Source of the DNA: Alphaproteobacteria bacterium | GTDB taxonomy: Bacteria; Pseudomonadota; Alphaproteobacteria; SHNJ01 | Assembly (NCBI GenBank): GCA_004295055.1 | Contig: SHNJ01000031.1 | Span: forward strand, 72,802 to 136,801 | Reading direction: 5' to 3' | DNA: 64,000 nucleotides | Part shown: positions 60,026 through 64,000 of the stretch, one piece after another | Layout: every line of letters begins with the position of its first letter | How positions within the stretch are numbered: the stretch's first letter is position 1 | Position numbers and translations under genes: made by a program | The notes under the pieces: generated by a model | Seen by the model: the letters and a program-made list of their open reading frames with translations, nothing else | Databases searched by the model: none | Told to the model about the DNA's origin: nothing

Positions 60026-60769
60026 ATGCCGGATGTTGCCGTGAAACTAAAAACCAAAATTCAATATAAACGCGTATTGCTGAAATTATCGGGCGAAGCT
60101 TTGATGGGTGGCGGAGATTATGGCTTGGACCCAGCGGTGGTACAGCGTATCGCGGCGGAAATTACCGAAATTCACAAAATGGGCGCGCAAATATGCATGG
60201 TGGTGGGTGGCGGCAATATTTTCCGCGGCATTTCCGGCGCCAGCGCGGGGATGGAACGCGCCTCGGCCGATTATATGGGCATGCTGGCGACGGTGATCAA
60301 CGCCCTTGCTTTGCAAGACGCCTTGGAAAAAATGGGAACGACCACGCGCGTGCAATCGGCGATTGCCATGCCGTCCGTTTGCGAACCTTATATTCGCCTG
60401 CGCGCCGAACGTCATTTGGAAAAAGGCCGCGTGGTAATTTTCGCGGCCGGCACCGGCAATCCGTTTTTCACAACCGATACCGCCGCTGCGTTACGCGCAT
60501 CGGAAATGAATTGCAATGTGTTGTTGAAAGCGACCAAGGTTGACGGCGTTTATTCCGCTGATCCGAAAAAAGATTCCAAGGCAACGCGATTCGACAAATT
60601 GACGTATCTGGAAGTGCTCAGCAAAGATTTAAAAGTGATGGATGCGGCGGCGATTTCTTTGTCCCGCGAAAACAAAATTCCTATTATTGTCTTTAACCTC
60701 GAAACGCATGGCGCCATGGGCGAAGTGTTGCAAGGCAAAGGCAAATTCACATTGATCGAAGAAAGATAA
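60026..60769 (+). CDS. pyrH: UMP kinase
   Basis: Start set to MPDVAVKL… (RBS GGGGAAG 6 nt upstream). [12 protein letters not shown] and [11 protein letters not shown] motifs. Confidence 0.9.
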   Translation: MPDVAVKLKTKIQYKRVLLKLSGEALMGGGDYGLDPAVVQRIAAEITEIHKMGAQICMVVGGGNIFRGISGASAGMERASADYMGMLATVINALALQDALEKMGTTTRVQSAIAMPSVCEPYIRLRAERHLEKGRVVIFAAGTGNPFFTTDTAAALRASEMNCNVLLKATKVDGVYSADPKKDSKATRFDKLTYLEVLSKDLKVMDAAAISLSRENKIPIIVFNLETHGAMGEVLQGKGKFTLIEER

Positions 60770-60781
60770 GCGAGGTTCACC

Positions 60782-61336
60782 ATGAATGCAGTCGTCGATG
60801 ATATGAAAAAACGCATGGATAGTGCGATCGAAACTTACCGCAAGGAATTGGGCGGTTTGCGCACTGGCCGCGCCAGTCCGCAATTGCTGGATCCGGTGGT
60901 GGTCGATGCTTATGGCAGCCGCATGCCAATATCGCAGGTGGGCAACGTGAATACGCCGGAACCGCGCTTGATCACCGTACAAGTTTGGGATCAAGGTCTG
61001 GTGGGCGCGGTTGAAAAAGCGATCACCGAAGCGAATTTAGGTTTGAATCCATCCAGCGAAGGCAACACGATCCGTTTGCGCTTGCCGGATTTAACCCAAG
61101 AACGCCGTCAGGAATTGACCAAGCTTGGCGGTAAATACGCGGAATCCGCGCGTATTGCCGTGCGTAACGTCCGCCGCGATGGCATGGAATCGGCGAAGAA
61201 ACAAGAAAAAGACAAAAAGATCAGCCAAGATGATTTGGCGCGTTTGGAAAAAGAAATTCAGAAACTGACCGATGATCACGTCAAAAAAATTGACGAGATG
61301 CTGGCCAGCAAAGAAAAAGAAATTATGCAAGTGTGA
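60782..61336 (+). CDS. frr: Ribosome recycling factor
   Basis: 184 aa; …[12 protein letters not shown]…IRLRLP… RRF signature. Confidence 0.9.
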   Translation: MNAVVDDMKKRMDSAIETYRKELGGLRTGRASPQLLDPVVVDAYGSRMPISQVGNVNTPEPRLITVQVWDQGLVGAVEKAITEANLGLNPSSEGNTIRLRLPDLTQERRQELTKLGGKYAESARIAVRNVRRDGMESAKKQEKDKKISQDDLARLEKEIQKLTDDHVKKIDEMLASKEKEIMQV

Positions 61337-61411
61337 AATTAGGGGGTTGGGGTTTGGGTATAGGGCTATGCAACTCCTCAAACCCGGTACCCAATACCCA
61401 GAACCCATTAA
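61337..61411. repeat. G-rich/C-rich palindromic intergenic element (family copy 3)
   Basis: GGGGGTTGGGGTTTGGGTATAGGGC … CCCGGTACCCAATACCCAGAACCC between frr and uppS. Confidence 0.65.
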
Positions 61412-61413
61412 AA

Positions 61414-62172
61414 ATGACTCAACCACTAAAACATATCGCCATTATTATGGACGGCAATGGCCGCTGGGCCAAGGCGCGCGGTTTGCCGAGAACCGCAGGC
61501 CATGTGCGCGGGGCAGAGGCGGTTCGCCACACAGTCGAGGCCGCGATCAAGCATAATATTCCATATTTGACCATGTTTGGTTTTTCGTCCGAAAACTGGT
61601 CGCGCCCGGCCGAAGAAGTCGGTGAATTGATGGGTTTATTGAAACGCTATTTACAGGCCGAAACCGCGCACCTGCATCAACAGGGCGTGCGTTTACGTTT
61701 CATCGGCGATCGCCGTAAATTTTCGCAAGATATTATTCAAATGATGGAACAGGCTGAAGGTCTGACGGCAGCGAACAATAAATTGAATTTAACCATCGCT
61801 TTGAATTATGGCGGACGCCAGGAAATTCTGCGTGCTATTTCGCGGATTTTATTTCAGTCGTTTCAGGCCATGGCGCTGGATAAAATGACCGATCATCCCC
61901 GCGGAGGCACGGCCAATCCGGTGGTGCCTTGGGATTTGGATGATGAATCATTCGCGCAATATCTCGATACTGCAGAATTGCCGGATCCAGATTTGATTAT
62001 TCGCACCTCCGGCGAAAAACGTCTTAGTAATTTCTTGTTGTGGCAATCGGCCTATGCCGAATTTGAATTTTTAGACGTATTGTGGCCGGATTTCGCCGAA
62101 GAGCATTTGGTTGCCGCGATTGAAAATTTCCATGGACGCGACCGTAGATTCGGGCAGGTGCGGCATGGGTAA
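61414..62172 (+). CDS. uppS: Undecaprenyl-diphosphate synthase (cis-prenyltransferase)
   Basis: Start moved to MTQPLKHIAIIMDGNGRWA (the DGNGRWA hallmark); …FSSENWSRP… The track's 61333 start lies in the repeat. Confidence 0.9.
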   Translation: MTQPLKHIAIIMDGNGRWAKARGLPRTAGHVRGAEAVRHTVEAAIKHNIPYLTMFGFSSENWSRPAEEVGELMGLLKRYLQAETAHLHQQGVRLRFIGDRRKFSQDIIQMMEQAEGLTAANNKLNLTIALNYGGRQEILRAISRILFQSFQAMALDKMTDHPRGGTANPVVPWDLDDESFAQYLDTAELPDPDLIIRTSGEKRLSNFLLWQSAYAEFEFLDVLWPDFAEEHLVAAIENFHGRDRRFGQVRHG

Positions 62173-62857
62173 ATTGTTCGATAAAAACTTTTTTACCCGC
62201 CTTTTATCCGCGATTATCTTATTTCCCATCGTTCTTTATATTTTATATTTAGGCGGTTTGGCGCTGTATGTTTTGTTGGCTTTTGCCGCTTTCATTATGG
62301 CCTATGAATGGTATTCGATTATCTCGCCGCGCACGGCGGCATTGGGCCGGTTATGGTGGTGCGCGCTGGGCATTGTTTGGGTGATCGCGCCGATTGTGGC
62401 GTTATACATATTGCGCGAATTCGGTTTCGATGTGATTTTGTATCCGCTATTGCTGGTGGTGGTAACCGATACCATGGCTTATGTCGGTGGGCGAACCATT
62501 GGCGGACCAAAATTGGCGCCATCGATCAGCCCTGGAAAAACCTGGTCGGGATTTGTGGTCGGTATTATCAGCGCCGCGGTATTTTCCATCGCCATGCAGC
62601 ATTTTGGGTATTTGGATTTTCTACCCAACGAACTGACCGCGCTGATCGGATTTTTTGGCGGCGCGCTGGCGTTACTGTCGCAAGTAAGCGATTTATTGGA
62701 ATCGAAATTCAAACGAATTTTCGGCGTAAAAGATTCTGGAAAAATTATTCCAGGCCATGGCGGATTGTTGGATCGCACCGACAGTTTGGTTTTAACTTTA
62801 CCGGCCTATTTAGGGGCTTTGGTGGTATCGCTGCATGATATTCCCATCCTCTTTTAA
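62165..62857 (+). CDS. cdsA: Phosphatidate cytidylyltransferase
   Basis: Start set to MGKLFDK… (ATGGGTAA overlap with the uppS stop). Multi-TM; C-terminal …PGHGGLLDRTDS… CTP-transferase motif. Confidence 0.8.
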   Translation: MGKLFDKNFFTRLLSAIILFPIVLYILYLGGLALYVLLAFAAFIMAYEWYSIISPRTAALGRLWWCALGIVWVIAPIVALYILREFGFDVILYPLLLVVVTDTMAYVGGRTIGGPKLAPSISPGKTWSGFVVGIISAAVFSIAMQHFGYLDFLPNELTALIGFFGGALALLSQVSDLLESKFKRIFGVKDSGKIIPGHGGLLDRTDSLVLTLPAYLGALVVSLHDIPILF

Positions 62858-64000
62858 AACAATCACGATCCTTGGATCGACTGGATCTGTGGGGCAGCAA
62901 ACCGTCGACGTACTGCTGGCCAATCCAGGACGCTTTCAGATCGAAGCGTTGGTTGCTGGCAATAATATCGAATTGTTGATCGCACAGGCCAAACAGTTAC
63001 ATCCCAAATTGGTTGTCAGCGCTTATGCGGCGAATAAAGCCAAATTAGAACAAGAACTAAAGCCGTTAGGAATTCTCGTGGAAGCAGGGCCGGATGCCGT
63101 ATTGGCGGCCGCTTCGCGCGCTGTTGATGTTTGTGTTGCGGGTATTGTTGGATTTGCGGGGCTTGCGCCGACTTTTGCCGCGCTAAAGGCTGCAAAACGT
63201 CTTGCATTCGTCAGCAAGGAATGTCTGGTGTGCGCTGGCGATTTGTTTTTGAACGAAGCAGCCAAGAATAATTGCGAGATAATTCCAACTGATTCCGAAC
63301 ACAGCGCCATTTTCCAATTGATCGAGGACAATAATCGCGCTGCTATCGATAAGATTACGTTGACCGCTTCGGGCGGACCATTTTTAGGGTTCACATCCGA
63401 ACAATTGCGCGCGATCAAACCGGCACAAGCCATTGCCCATCCCGTTTGGCGCATGGGCAAGAAAATATCGGTCGATTCCGCTACTTTGTTTAACAAAGGT
63501 CTCGAAGTTATAGAGGCGCATTATTTATTCGCCCTGCCATCTGAGAAAATTGATGTAGTCATACATCCCGAAGGCGTCATACACTCGTTGGTTTCCTATC
63601 AAGATGGTTCAACCTTGGCGCAGATGGGTCCGCCCGATATGCGCATTCCAATTTCTTATGCGCTGTTTTATCCCAACCGCATGGAATTTCCGCATGCCAA
63701 GTTGGATTTGGCTAAATTATCGCGGTTGAATTTCTTGCCGCCAGACCATGGACGTTTTCCGTCTTTGAACCTATGCCGTGCGGCTTTGGCACAGAAAGGC
63801 ATGGCGCCGTTGACCTTAAATGCGGCCAATGAAGTCGCGGTCGATCGGTTTTTATCCCAAGATATTGATTTTATTAATATTTTCTCTTTGGTGGCAGATA
63901 TGCTAGAATTGGCCACTGCCAAACCGCAATGGTCGCAAAACCCAACCGATCTACATCATATGATAGAGTTCGATGCTTGGGTTCGCGAACAATCGAAATC
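62835..64000 (+). CDS. dxr: 1-deoxy-D-xylulose-5-phosphate reductoisomerase, 3' truncated by window edge (absent from the ORF track because it has no stop)
   Basis: ATG at 62835 overlaps the cdsA end. MIFPSSFKTITILGSTGSVGQQTVDVL… NADPH-binding start and …PTDSEHSAIFQ… motif. Open to the window end. Confidence 0.8.
   Translation, partial: MIFPSSFKTITILGSTGSVGQQTVDVLLANPGRFQIEALVAGNNIELLIAQAKQLHPKLVVSAYAANKAKLEQELKPLGILVEAGPDAVLAAASRAVDVCVAGIVGFAGLAPTFAALKAAKRLAFVSKECLVCAGDLFLNEAAKNNCEIIPTDSEHSAIFQLIEDNNRAAIDKITLTASGGPFLGFTSEQLRAIKPAQAIAHPVWRMGKKISVDSATLFNKGLEVIEAHYLFALPSEKIDVVIHPEGVIHSLVSYQDGSTLAQMGPPDMRIPISYALFYPNRMEFPHAKLDLAKLSRLNFLPPDHGRFPSLNLCRAALAQKGMAPLTLNAANEVAVDRFLSQDIDFINIFSLVADMLELATAKPQWSQNPTDLHHMIEFDAWVREQSK

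Noticed and set aside
1-64000. tRNA, rRNA, IS, transposase or integrase genes
   Set aside because: None recognised by eye: no cloverleaf-like conserved GTTC…TTCGAATC blocks, no transposase or integrase motifs. A tRNAscan or ISfinder run would be needed to exclude small elements.

Overview
The window reads as an alphaproteobacteria-like chromosome; this is inferred from gene content and synteny only. Examples are the short ProRS, lolCDE, maeB with a PTA domain, and rpsB-tsf-pyrH-frr-uppS-cdsA-dxr. It carries a complete leucine/isovalerate catabolic set (ivd, thiolase, mccB, liuC, mccA, hmgL) that is physically interrupted twice. One interruption (5349-16330, about 11 kb) is an accessory island made only of secreted or surface-type proteins plus two paralogous regulatory cassettes. 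The island holds three tandem large cysteine-rich proteins with prepilin-like leaders, two paralogous secreted proteins with a PEP-CTERM-like tail, and the duplicated cassettes. Each cassette has a small protein transcribed divergently, an XRE-type HTH regulator, and a downstream enzyme. In cassette 2 the enzyme has the signature motifs of a tRNA-dependent cyclodipeptide synthase (CDPS). In cassette 1 it is a stand-alone DUF2156/MprF-C-like domain, which is also an aminoacyl-tRNA-dependent fold. I judge this paired tRNA-dependent module to be the most likely undescribed system. The rest is mostly housekeeping (dnaE, proS, typA, lolCDE, rlmD, aqpZ, hsp20, rpsB, tsf, pyrH, frr, uppS, cdsA, dxr), with several orphan large proteins, a tandem LOG fusion, tandem AlaDH/PNT-like paralogs, a family of G/C-rich palindromic intergenic repeats, and a 65-bp tandem duplication of the tsf 3' end. 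No rRNA, tRNA, CRISPR, IS or integrase was recognised by eye. The ORF track uses alternative start codons, and several starts were re-assigned.
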